NCBI GenBank assembly: GCA_001600815.1
Contig: BCKZ01000006.1
Coordinates: 1 to 64,000 of the forward strand
Source of the DNA: Alloascoidea hylecoeti
Taxonomy: Eukaryota
Length of the DNA stretch: 64,000 nt
Direction of reading: 5' to 3'
The notes beneath the pieces were generated by a model, which was not told where the DNA came from, searched no databases, and saw only the letters and a list, made by a program, of their open reading frames with translations. Shown piece by piece: positions 1-11,299 of this stretch. Within the stretch, counting starts at the first letter, position 1. Each line of letters opens with the position of its first letter. The position numbers and the translations under genes were made by a program.

Positions 1-509
1 TTAATTCATTATTTATGAAAGAAAAGAAACCTATGGTAATGGAATTACCCAAAAATAATGAAGTCAAAGTTATCACAGATGCATCATGGGCTGACCAAAA
101 NGATAGAACATCTACTTTTGGTTATATGACTTTTGTAAACAATAATTTGGTCTCCTGGAAATCAAAGAAAATTCCAAATATTACNTTGTCTACNTGTGAA
201 AGTGAGATTGTTGNAATAGTAGAAGGAATNAAAAATGCATTATTTATTGATCACTTTATGAGAGAATTAAGATTTAAAATGGAAACTATTAAAGTAATCA
301 ACGATAATATGGCTGCNATATCNTCATCAGATCATTATTGTAATAGGTCAAAACATCTTGAAATTAAATGGTTTTACACTCGTGAACTTGTAGCACGAAA
401 ACTTATAGAACTTTACTATATACAAACACATGAAAACTTATCTGATCATCTTACAAAAAATTTAAATAAAAACCAATTCAAAAAACTTACTGAAACAATT
501 ATTAACTAA
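1..509 (+). mobile_element. Ty1/copia pol C-terminus (RNase H), element A; 5' part lies outside the window
   Basis: Copia RNase H motifs ITDASWAD..RTSTFGY, VSWKSKK, S.CESE, INDN, RSKHLEIKWF, ENLSDHLTK. Several N bases in the first 330 nt. Confidence 0.92.
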
Positions 510-760
510 AATTATTATCTTATCATTATTATTTATCTTATTATTACTTGTTTTATTGTTTTATCTTATTAATTTTATTTTATCCTTTTATCTTATTTTT
601 ATTAACTTATCTTATTAAAAACCTATTATTTTACTATGAAAAACTTATTTGATTATTTGAGAAACTTATTTTATATTAATTATTTTAAACTTATTTTACA
701 AAAATATTTTTATTATTTGTTTTTTACTATATTTTGTATAAAATTCTAAAATAGCGAGAA

Positions 761-931
761 TGTTGAAACTATATTTAGAATTATATAATTATCTTATTTA
801 TATAGAATACATAGTAAAAAGAAATATAAAAAGAGAAGAAATCCTCCTCAGGATTTCTTTCTCTACCCTTTTTATTTTTACACTTATCTTACCTATTAAA
901 ATTAAAAATTTTAAGAATTTTATCTTATTCA
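761..931 (+). mobile_element. 3' LTR of copia element A (about 170 bp)
   Basis: Follows the purine-rich tract AAAATAGCGAGAA. Starts TGTTGAAAC, has TATAAAAA at 825 and ends ..TTATTCA, where RT-like coding sequence resumes. Homologous to 2182-2345. Confidence 0.75.
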
Positions 932-932
932 T

Positions 933-1867
933 CTTCAAAAAGAATTTACACTAACTATAAATAGAACACCAAAGATCATTTTGGGAATATCAATTAATAA
1001 CATAAATAGGGGGGGGGGGATTAAGTTGAGCCTAAGTGATTACTTATCAAAGATACAAACTGAGAATAAAATCACTCCTAATTATCGTAATTATACACCT
1101 CTACCAGAAAATTATGATATTAATAGTCCCTCAGAACTTCTTAACAAGAATGAAATTACTCATTATCAAAAGATTATTGGAATTCTTAATTATGCCACTT
1201 CAACAGTAAGAATAGATATTGCTTATGCTACAAGTTTATTGGCTAGGAAATCTCAATCACCAATTTGAAGGCTGCTAAAAGGGTTTTGAACTATTTGATT
1301 GCTAGTAAAGATTTGGGTATTACTTATAAGCAAAATAATACGTTGGATATTGAAATTGTTAACTCCCTCTATATGAAAGAAAGAAAACCTGAAATTATTG
1401 ATTTACCAAATGACAATGAAATAAAAGTAATTACTGATGCATCTTGGGCTGATCAAAAAGATAGGTCTTCTACTTTTGGATTCATAACTGTTATCAACAA
1501 TAACATTGTCTCTTGGAAATCCAAAAAGATTTCAAATATTACTTTGTCAACGTGCGAATCTGAAATTGTGGGAATTGTGGAAGGAACTAAGAATGCCTTA
1601 TTTATCAGAAACTTCTTAAAGGAATTAAAATTTATTTTAAATCCGATTAAAGTTGTTAATGATAATATGGCAGCTCTTTCGGTTGCTGATCACTACTGTA
1701 ACCGATCGAAAAATATTGAAATTAAATGGTTCTTTACTAGGGAATTGGTTGAAAGAAAAGAAATTGAATTGTTTTATATTCAAACTAACCAAAACATTTC
1801 AGATCCCTTAACCAAAAATTTGAACAAAATTCAATTTCAAAAACTTATGAATCCACTTATTAATTAA
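933..1867 (+). mobile_element. Ty1/copia pol fragment (RT C-terminus plus RNase H), element B, same family as A; frameshifted near 1265
   Basis: LQKEFTL..PKIILGI, YQKIIGILNY..RIDIAYATSLL, LKAAKRVLNYL, ITDASWADQKDRSSTFG. RNase H is very similar to 15-509. Confidence 0.92.
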
Positions 1868-2181
1868 AAACTAAAAATCATTTATCTTATTTCTTATTTT
1901 TACTCTTTATCTTATACTTATATTAAACTTATTTTATCATTACTTATTTTTATCTTATACTGTTATTAAACCTGTTTTATCATTATTTATTTTTATCTTA
2001 TACTTATGATATTTATATTTTGTTATTCTTTAATTTATCTTATTAAAAGAATCCTATTTTTATTCAAACTTATATTACTTATTTTATATTCTTATTAAAA
2101 TTAAACAAATTGTTTTTATTATTATTATTATTATTTTTATTGATTACTTTACAATTTGCATATGCCTTAAAATACTGAGAA

Positions 2182-2345
2182 TGTTGAAACTATATTTAGC
2201 AACATATGCAAAATAATAATATCTTAATTTATATAAGTTAGATAGTTAAAAAGTAATATAAAAAGAGAAGAAATTCACCTCAGGATTTCTTTCTCTATCC
2301 TTTATCTTATTCATATTCTTAACTATTAAAAGTTAAAAGTTTTTT
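2182..2345 (+). mobile_element. 3' LTR of copia element B; right end uncertain, possibly truncated
   Basis: AAAATACTGAGAA followed by TGTTGAAACTATATTTAG, identical to the start of LTR A. Same TATA box and hairpin. Confidence 0.7.
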
Positions 2346-2346
2346 A

Positions 2347-4072
2347 GATAGTACCAATGGACTAAAAGTTATCAAGAAATATCACAGGCCAACTTCCATA
2401 GCTCAAACACCTCTGAGATTGTTGACCAATTCTTCTGCTAGTGACAATGATTTTATTTCTGATCATGAAGATGTGAACCTATTAGTCAACAAATCTAAAT
2501 ATGATATTCCAGTGTCCTACTCAGATGTCTTAAAGTCTCCTCAGAAGGATAAATGGATTATTGCTATGAACGAAGAATTGAATTCATTCGAATTAAACAA
2601 TGTTGTTGAACTTGTGGATAGATCCAGTGTTTCGCAACCCATCATACCATCAATATGGGTACATGTTGATAAATCTGAAGGTGACACTGAACATTTCAAG
2701 TCTCGAATCGTTGCAAAGGGTTTTAAACAAGAGCTTAGAAAAGATTATCTTGATATCTATGCTCCTGTTTGTTCTTATGAAACCCTAAGATTTGTTCTCA
2801 ACATGGTGGTACAGAAGGATTGGCAGCTATGCCAACTGGATGTTACAACTGCATTTTTACATGGTCCTATTGATCATGAAGTTTACTTAAACCCTCCCGC
2901 TGGTGCAGGAGTTGATTCGTCCCAGGTTTGGAAGCTGAAACGTGCTGTATACGGTCTCAAACAGGCGCCAAGTGTTTGGTTCAAGACAATATCTGAGGTT
3001 CTAAAGAACATGAATTACCTGCAAAGTGAATTGGAACCCTGCTTGTTTTACAAAGATGATAGTCTTCTTCCTATTTATGTTGATGATTCTTTAATTGGCG
3101 CGCCTGAGAAGTTTCTTAATGAAATAAAAATGGGTATTAAGGCCAAATTCCCGATTGAAGATTCTGGCTTTCCAAAGCTCTTTTTGGGTATGAATGTTGA
3201 TAAAACTGAAAAAAGTGGTATCAAAATTTGCTTGAATGAATTTTTAACCAAAATTGAGAATGACTACAAGATTACCAAAGAATCTAAAGTTTCTACTCCT
3301 CTTGTTAAAGGATTCAATCCTTATGAAAATTCACCATTACTAAATCAAAAAGAACAGAAGGATTATCAAAGTATTGTGGGAGTAATAAATTTTACTTCAA
3401 ACACTTGTAGACCAGATATTTCATTTGCTGCTTCATTACTGTCAAGATTTTTAACCAAACCAACTAGTCAACATCTTAAGGCTGCTCATAGGGTAATACA
3501 TTATCTTATTCAAACCAAAGATAGGGGAATAAGCTACGAGAAGAATAAAGGATTTGAAGAATACAAGGACCAAAGAAGCAACTATTCATAATTATCCAAA
3601 ACGTGAAAAATATACAATCAAGGTTATTTCAGACTCAGATCATGGCTCAGATGTTAATGACAGAAAGTCTCAAAGTGGTTACTGCGTATTCATCAATAAT
3701 AATCTGATTGGATGGGGATCAAGAAAACAAAAGAGTGTTAGCATTTCGAGCTGTGAAGCCGAGTATTATGCATTATCCAAAGCTACAAGATCAGCCCTAT
3801 TTTTTAGAAACATTACGGAGGAACTACACTTACCAGTTGCCTATATAGATTTATTAGGTGACAACAAATCTGCTCTTACAATGGCCTCTCATAAACATCA
3901 GCATCAAAAGACTAAGCACATTGCTATCCATTATCACTTCGTACGCAATCTAGTACTCGATAAAGAAATCAGACTCGGATATATCAACACAGCTAATAAT
4001 CTTGCAGACTTATTAACTAAACCTTTAGACAGCACCACCTTCAATAATCTCACTAACAAAATCATGAACTAA
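2347..4072 (+). mobile_element. Ty1/copia pol fragment (RT plus RNase H), element C, a different family; frameshift near 3560
   Basis: W..AMNEEL.S, FKSRIVAKGFKQ, QLDVTTAFLHG, LKRAVYGLKQAP..W, IYVDD, then SDSD..DRKSQSG, WGSRKQ.SVSISSCEAEY, TKHIAIHYHFVR, NLADLLTKPL. The frame stays open upstream to about 2347. Confidence 0.95.
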
Positions 4073-4214
4073 ATTCAACTCATTTCAAAAAACTCACTTT
4101 TCTCTCAGTCATACTTCATATTCAAAATCTATTTCAACTTATATGTTTCATTTTATTATTCAATGATTTCGTATTCATCTTTATTAAATTTATTTCAACA
4201 ACTCAACTAAATTT

Positions 4215-4465
4215 AAGGGGGAGTGATAATCTGTGATAATTGTAATATCAGATTGTTCAAGAAGGTTCTGGAAAGTTCCATTCATGTGACTCATAAATTT
4301 TAATCATCTGGAAGGTTCTATATAAAGAAGGCAAAATCCCCTTCAATTAGGATTTTGCTCTTCACCTTTTTTCTTATTCATTTTAATATAGATTACCTTT
4401 ATTTCATACTAATCTATCATATTCAATTTACCGATCTTTAGTTCAATATTAATTAATCTTTCCCA
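4215..4465 (+). mobile_element. PPT and 3' LTR of copia element C; right end approximate
   Basis: Canonical PPT AAGGGGGAG at 4215-4223, directly followed by TGATAAT. TATAAA at 4321. Candidate CA end near 4465. Confidence 0.7.
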
Positions 4466-5394
4466 CGTCCTCATCCTCCAGCAACGGATATTTTTGAATC
4501 GGGGTGTTGGTATCCAGACCAGGAATATATTTTTGTCTTAGCAACCAGTCAGATTCTGTCGTTTCTTTGAAATATTTTTCCATTAAAATGTTTAGCCATT
4601 TGTCATTTATTCTGTCACCATATAACTTATGTCTATATTAAATAACAAGTGGATAAATAACTAAGAAGAACTCTAATCTATAAAATGAGAATACTCCCTT
4701 ATATTTATGATAAAATAATGAAATATCTTAATGATATCAATTTCCTAATATGTATGAACTTCTAAATGTGTTTGTTTAGATAAATACCGTGTTCAAGCTA
4801 TAATTGTTCATTATTAACGCGTTTTCTATTTGTTTTGATAGTTCATATAAATGTAAGTGTTGAGCTGTAAATGAATATAAACTTCTTATTATAAGCAAAA
4901 TATAAACTTCTAATACAATTAGAATATAAGCTTTTATTATTAATTACCATTTAAGACTGTGACATCTCTTATAGGTATTAATATAGCATTGCCTATTTTT
5001 AGAAATCTCCCGTTATTATTCTTTTTTATACCAAATGTTTAGTTTAGGATAATTCCTAAACCGGTTATAGTCGTAAGCACCAGTTTTGAGAAAATTAACA
5101 TCTTTACAATGAAATTTAAAATTAACAATTCTCGGGCTTTTTTTCTTTAAACGTTATATCTTCATATATTTCATTCTCATTTCCTATATGATTAATATTT
5201 TTTGATATAACAACCGTGGCAGGGTAAAGTCCACGATGAACTAGGGACATTTTCAATATCAAATTCCCCTTTAGGCAGTATCCAATTTATAGTGTTTCTA
5301 GAAACTAAATAGACGTCTCTTTAGTGAGGCATATTTCATATTCAGAAGACGAACTATTTATTTTACAACTGACGTAATAATCTAGAACGAAATG

Positions 5395-5780
5395 ACAAAA
5401 TTTAATTTCATCCAGATGACGAATCATCTCAAAATGTTAACTCAACAGTGTGGCAAATATTTACTTACAATAATGGCGAATCGCGTGAAGAAATATATAT
5501 TGATGAGTATGACAAATTATTAGGAAAGATAAATGACAAACTAAATGTCTGTTTGTCGGCATAATAGCGCAGTAATGACTACACAAAATGGCGAAACTAA
5601 ATTCACACACATGACGAATAAGAAGCAAAATATATTTCTAGAATGTGACGAAATATATTGAAGCAGTATAATGCAACATTGTGTCGCCAATGTTTAATTT
5701 TCGATACGCCGAATAAGCACAAACTAAAATGGCGAACTCCTCTCTGAAAAATGGCGAGATAAGAGTGGAAAATCTATACA
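5395..5780. repeat. Degenerate dispersed repeat (MITE or DNA-transposon relic) with internal ATGRCGAA motifs, copy 1
   Basis: Many TGGCGAA/TGACGAA motifs. Aligns by eye with 50080-50342, and both end in AGAGTGGAAAA. Confidence 0.55.
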
Positions 5781-6556
5781 TTAACGTTAACATAGCCATG
5801 CACAGGTGATCAGACGCCACCAGGACAAAAGCTGGCCAAAAAATGATAACAGACACTATATGATTTTAAAACGGATTTAAAGTTTTCTTGATAGGTATCC
5901 ACAACTAATAAATGTGATGGCTCACACATCAGATGAATACGCCAGTTTCTCTGCAAATGTAAAGATGATTTTTACTTAGGGCAGGGAATCAGAACGGCCG
6001 CGATTGAACGTATCAAAATGACCCCAATTTGTGTGGGATACAATTTGATTTCTGTATTAATTAAGACTGAATATTGACTACACAAGAAATAAATGAATAG
6101 GATAATAAAATAATTGAATGATAATAATTTGATAGTAATTAATTAATTGACCAGCTATTGTTAGTAGATGAATTTTCTTAAACTTTCAAGAAATCGCCTT
6201 CGACTTCTCCTTATTATAAAGCTCTACATAACTTTTACAGCTATTTAAAATTCTAATGTTATCTCAGTAATCCATATATTATATAAATGAAGAAAAGAGC
6301 TGCGAGAAAGAAACCTTCGGGCACATTCAAAGTTATAAGGAGAATTTATAATATTAAGTAGAATTTATATTTAAAATATTTAGTTTTTAAAATAAAATTG
6401 GTGATCTTGATGAATATTTTGCTTAGATGGTTTACTTGGTGGTGTCTGACCACGTGTGTGTGGCTATGTTAATGTACATTACCCTAGATATATTTAAGGT
6501 ATTTCATAAAAGTCATCATTATAAACATAACAGTAACATAAAATTCGCGAATCCGG

Positions 6557-8258
6557 TTAATACCGCCTGCGATCAACATCATTCAGATTGAAGTCATCGG
6601 TTGAGAGTGTAGAAGATCTATCGAGCTCATTAATCTCTTTAATTGAGGGGGATCTATCAAGGAATAGAGAGTGACCTGGAGATGAAGTCATATCAACAGC
6701 CGAATTTAAAGATTCGGATTCAGAAGACTTCAAAAGCCCATGCAAATTCAGACTGCTGTTGGACGTGGTTAGGCCTCTGAAAGGGGCAGTAGGAGGCTTT
6801 AGATCAAGCATACTGCTTACCGCGGGATGTTTTTTAGCTTCTTTAAATTCATGAGTAGGAACTGGAACAGTCTGTGGAACTTTAATATTTTTTACCACAG
6901 GTTCAAAGTTTTCAGCCTTGTGTGTGATCATAATTGTAGGAGAAGGAGCTCTATGTGTCTTCTTTGGATGCAATCCAAAAGCCTTTAATAGTGATGTTTT
7001 TACCTTTAACATAGGTTTTCGATTCTTAGAAGATGTAGATGAAGATGTTGCATTTATAGATACTGTAGAAGGATTATTGTGGATGGTGTTTAACTTTTTG
7101 GAATCATTCTTGATATGACTATTGGGTTCACCAATAAATACCACTTTCTCATTTTCATTCAAGCCCCGAAGTATAAAGTTGTGTTTCCTAATATCTGGAA
7201 TTCTTATTCTTTTTGTGGGGTCTTTAATAAGCATTTTCGAAATAAGATCCTTTGCATCTTCAATATCATTATTTGGTTCCGTTCGAGTGGGAAACTTTAA
7301 TGGTTGGTTAACAATTGAGACGAATAATCCAAATTCGTTATCACCAATGTATGGTAATCTTCCAAATACAAAGCAGTATAAAGTCACACCTAATGCCCAT
7401 ACATCAATTTGTTCTGTAATTTTTTCACGTGGTTTATCTAAATCGGTATAGCAGATTTCTGGAGCAAAAAAAGCAGGACTACCAGCGGTTCTAGATAATT
7501 CTGACTCATTACTACCAGGTCCACGCAAATAACTAACTCCAAAATCTGTTATTTTTACCGTATTTTCACTATCTAGCAAAAGGTTGGCTGGTTTTATATC
7601 GCGGTGTATAATTCCTTTTGAATGTAAATAATCCAGCCCCAATAGCACGTCCCTGAAATATTTCTTTGACTCGGACATGGTAAGAAGCGGTCGCATACTA
7701 TTAATGTCACTATTGTACTCGTCTCTTTGCCATTTGATCTGACCGTTGGGGAGATATTCCATAATTAAATATATCTTCCTGAATCGCTCATCATTTATGA
7801 TCTCAATAAGCGTCACCACATTCGGATGTTTGCACATATCCAGAATTTTAATCTCCTTCTGGATCTTATCCCACTGAGTCATGCCCTTTTCAACACTTTT
7901 CCCTAGTCTTGGTCGCGATGTTTTATCAACTACTTTTATAGCCTAAAAAAAGGGTGCGTAACTGTTAGAATGTAACATTTTAGTATCGATCGGTCAAAAG
8001 GCCCAAAGATATACATACAACATGTTCGTCAGTGTCCACATTCCTTGCTAACTTAACTCTTCCATGCTGGCCGCGACCAATATCACTTAGAATCTCATAG
8101 TTGTTCAACTGTTTCTTCCTATTTTTGGAGTATACTAGTGTAGCTTTATGAGTTTCAATCACAGTATCCAGCTTCAAGTTCAATGGTGGTGTGTTTGAAA
8201 CGATCCGTCTAGAGGTGGTTGAAGATGCACGGGAATCCACCAATTCAGATGCGGCCAT
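6557..8258 (-). CDS. CaMKK-family Snf1-activating kinase (SAK1/TOS3/Ssp1-like); exons 8258-8019 and 7942-6557, about 541 aa
   Basis: IGRGQHGRVKLA..V|AIK, HRDIKPANLL, DFG, TAGSPAFFAPE, DVWALGVTLY. A 76-nt phase-0 intron at 8018-7943 (GTATGT..TTCTAAC..TAG) joins the two ORFs in frame. Confidence 0.88.
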
Positions 8259-8577
8259 GAAAATATTAGAAGCTTTGTAGGGAACAATTAAAAAAAAAAG
8301 GATCTAGGAGTCGTGATCGGTCTTTTAGAGCTTTAATATTGAACGTTAAAAGGTGTGCCAGCGCTTACGTAATCATTCCAATTAGCTGGAACATTATAAA
8401 TATAACAGGATCCGACTAGCCCTAGTGTTACAACTAATATGGATGATCACTCACTGAACAAAAATGAAATGTATTTATAATTATATAGGTAATATACTCT
8501 AGATCAAGAAAAACGGTGAAGAAATCACAAATCTATAGAGACAACTAAGCTGGTGTATATTTTTACATTTACATTTA

Positions 8578-10998
8578 TCATGATTCCAACTGATTTGCAG
8601 TCGATTGCAAGTATAATACATGTGATTTAGTAATATCACAAACATCACTTGTCTTCATATTATTTTTTGAAAAAGCTTCGAATTGAAAAGTTTTTTCATT
8701 TATTTTGACATCTTCAAGGAAATCACATAAAAGGTATTTCATAGTTTCCCAAGTTTTTAGCTCAAAATCGTATCCAACTACGTGTCGCATTCCAGTACCA
8801 TAAATCCTTCTTCTTATGCCATCGCTATTTATTATAACGTTGTCGTTTAATAAGGCTACTGGATTGAGTTTCGGGAAATTGGCGTGAATGAATAATACAT
8901 GAGGTTCATCGAATGGATTTTCTTTCATCACAAATGTAACCTCTGGTGGTTGCCAATTTTCAGGGTCTGACTCTTCATTATTTTCATCTTCATTGTTATT
9001 CCCATTATCGTTATTGTTTTCATTATTATTATTATTACCGTTAGTGTTATCATTATCATTACTGTCAGCGTTCTCATTGTTTTCATTGTTATGATATTCA
9101 GAGTTTTCAGAGTTATCATTATTTTCAGCTTCAGCATGGCCTTCTTTTTGGTTGCTACTAGAATCACCACTTTCATTTTCTGCTTTCCCCGTCTCTTCAG
9201 AATTGTTAGGGATTGTAGAAGCACTTGAAGGTTTCACTAGATCAAGTGAACTTGTTCTAGTAGTATCAATGTTTATGGACTTGTGTTTTGAGGTATGATC
9301 TGCCAACTTGGAAGTTCGAGCTTCAGGGGCATTATGTTCAGCATTATTATCCTGGGATTCGACAGGATTAATTATTACCTTAAAATTTTGATTTGAATCG
9401 TGTTCATTTGAAGCATCTTGGCTTGGCTCTGGATCTGAAACTGACTTACTTACAGTTGCAATTATTGTTTCGGAGTTTGGAGTTGAAGGCTCTGGAGGTT
9501 TTGAAACTTCTGCATCACCTTCACCCATTTCATCTCTTTTCCGTTTTCCAATCTTAATCGCAACATTTCTATAATTGCCATTTTCATCAAACAAATTCAA
9601 TTCTTCTTTTTCTTCTTTCTTTGGTTTCTCGTACAATCTCTGAACAGGTTTATTTGGAATAAAATCAATCTTTTCTTGTTGTTGTCTTGAATTGTAACCA
9701 CTATGTAGATAATCTTGACCAGGATCATATTGAGCCATACCCGTTCCATGAAATTCATTATCCTCTAAATATCCAACAGCACCAAGATTGGTTTCAACTT
9801 GATAGAAAGCTTCGTTTAGCACAACGGCAGATGCCAAAAACGTCTCTTTATCACCCTCACCATCAGATCCTTGAGAAAACAGTGGATAATAATAATCAGG
9901 ACCATAAATATTATAATAGATGGCTAATAATAAAGATCTCCAATGAATTGATTTTGAAAATAATAGAACACCAGATTCAGTACTTGGGTCGGGGATTGCA
10001 CCTGATCTATCATGAAACGGAACTTCTTCAGGATTTGTTATGGCTAAATCGCCCCTGACTCTAACTTCTGAAACATCGATTCCTGCAATTTTGTAAAAAG
10101 CAGGAGAAGTAGCTCTCCTCCAAAAGTCAGGCCATGTAACAAGTCCTGTTGCAACAAAAGGGTATGTGGAAAGCAAAAAGTCAACAGAATCCGTTGCCAT
10201 ATTATCAGCATCTAAGAAGATAAGTTCATCAAAAGAGGACACAAGCATTCCTAAAACTTTATACTGATAACCTTTTATTGAAAACTTTTCAATTACTTCA
10301 TCTCCCAAAACATTAGGCAATAAGATACATGTAGCATTTACTTGAGGTAAAATAGTTTCACAAAATTCAGCTTCATATTCTACTATAGTGGGGATTATAA
10401 CTTCTATAGGTAAAAATGTATCATGATTTCTCAAATTTTGAATTGATAACAAAGATAACCAGTTATAGACCCCACCGCCAACATAAACCACACCTTTTCC
10501 CTTTGCCTTTCTAGAAACGAGTCTTTTTAAACTATTAAAAGTTTCATCAGTCGAAATTCCATCAACAAAAGTTTTATGTGATTTGCGTAAACCCACCAAT
10601 TGTTCGTCTGAAACCTCTAGGAAGCTGGAGAGATATTCTTCAGAAAACACATGCTCTGGAGTAGAATCGTAACCTGCATGGTAAATTTTTTCCTCTTTTT
10701 TGTATTTTGTCAATGGAGCAACATGTGGTCTGGCTTTCTCCAATAAGTCAAATAGGGTAGAAAAGGGTTTAGAGTTCGATTGAGAGTTGACAATTTCTTC
10801 CAGTTTCACTCTAGCTGTGTCTGGGACGTGTTTTGCGATGTAATTAAACCCTTTCGAATTAGCCAGAGAAGATAGATGGGCATTGGCCAAATCCTTAGAT
10901 AGCGAGTTGGTAAGAGTGACTTGGAAAGACGTTATCAGGATGCAAGATATTAAGCAAAGCAACAACAGAGGCCTAATTCTCCGTCGCGAGAAGAACAT
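8578..10998 (-). CDS. MNN2: GT71 alpha-1,2-mannosyltransferase, MNN2/MNN5 family, with a long low-complexity insertion
   Basis: N-terminal signal anchor from the ATG at 10998, KGVVYVGGG, GYQYK, LDADN, GLVTWPDFW, STESG, YYPLFSQG..GEGDKETF, HANFPKLNP. Confidence 0.88.
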   Translation of the reverse strand: MFFSRRRIRPLLLLCLISCILITSFQVTLTNSLSKDLANAHLSSLANSKGFNYIAKHVPDTARVKLEEIVNSQSNSKPFSTLFDLLEKARPHVAPLTKYKKEEKIYHAGYDSTPEHVFSEEYLSSFLEVSDEQLVGLRKSHKTFVDGISTDETFNSLKRLVSRKAKGKGVVYVGGGVYNWLSLLSIQNLRNHDTFLPIEVIIPTIVEYEAEFCETILPQVNATCILLPNVLGDEVIEKFSIKGYQYKVLGMLVSSFDELIFLDADNMATDSVDFLLSTYPFVATGLVTWPDFWRRATSPAFYKIAGIDVSEVRVRGDLAITNPEEVPFHDRSGAIPDPSTESGVLLFSKSIHWRSLLLAIYYNIYGPDYYYPLFSQGSDGEGDKETFLASAVVLNEAFYQVETNLGAVGYLEDNEFHGTGMAQYDPGQDYLHSGYNSRQQQEKIDFIPNKPVQRLYEKPKKEEKEELNLFDENGNYRNVAIKIGKRKRDEMGEGDAEVSKPPEPSTPNSETIIATVSKSVSDPEPSQDASNEHDSNQNFKVIINPVESQDNNAEHNAPEARTSKLADHTSKHKSINIDTTRTSSLDLVKPSSASTIPNNSEETGKAENESGDSSSNQKEGHAEAENNDNSENSEYHNNENNENADSNDNDNTNGNNNNNENNNDNGNNNEDENNEESDPENWQPPEVTFVMKENPFDEPHVLFIHANFPKLNPVALLNDNVIINSDGIRRRIYGTGMRHVVGYDFELKTWETMKYLLCDFLEDVKINEKTFQFEAFSKNNMKTSDVCDITKSHVLYLQSTANQLES

Positions 10999-11299
10999 GT
11001 TTACACACGAAGACGGTAAAAAGGAGAAGAATAAAAGTTGGAAAACTAGCAAGATAGCTGCTATTAATGCAACTACAGCTGAATTACATAAATAGAGATC
11101 TAATTATAAAATTTGATGTCCACAGTCTTCCAAACATTTAATTTGAATTTTGCAAATGTGCGTTGCGAGAGAAGGATCCCAATATATGCATCTTTGCATT
11201 AGCCCGGCACATCTGCTAGCCACGAGACTAACCAGATTACCCGGCCCACACCTTATAATGCTCCCAGCCACTTGATGGCCCTATAATTTCCAGATCTCC

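Noticed and set aside
760..954. 64-aa ORF
   Set aside because: It lies over LTR A and is a chance ORF in AT-rich sequence.
3554..3591. Frameshift in copia C pol as a programmed frameshift
   Set aside because: It falls between RT and RNase H rather than at the gag/pol junction, in a disrupted element, so decay is the simpler explanation.
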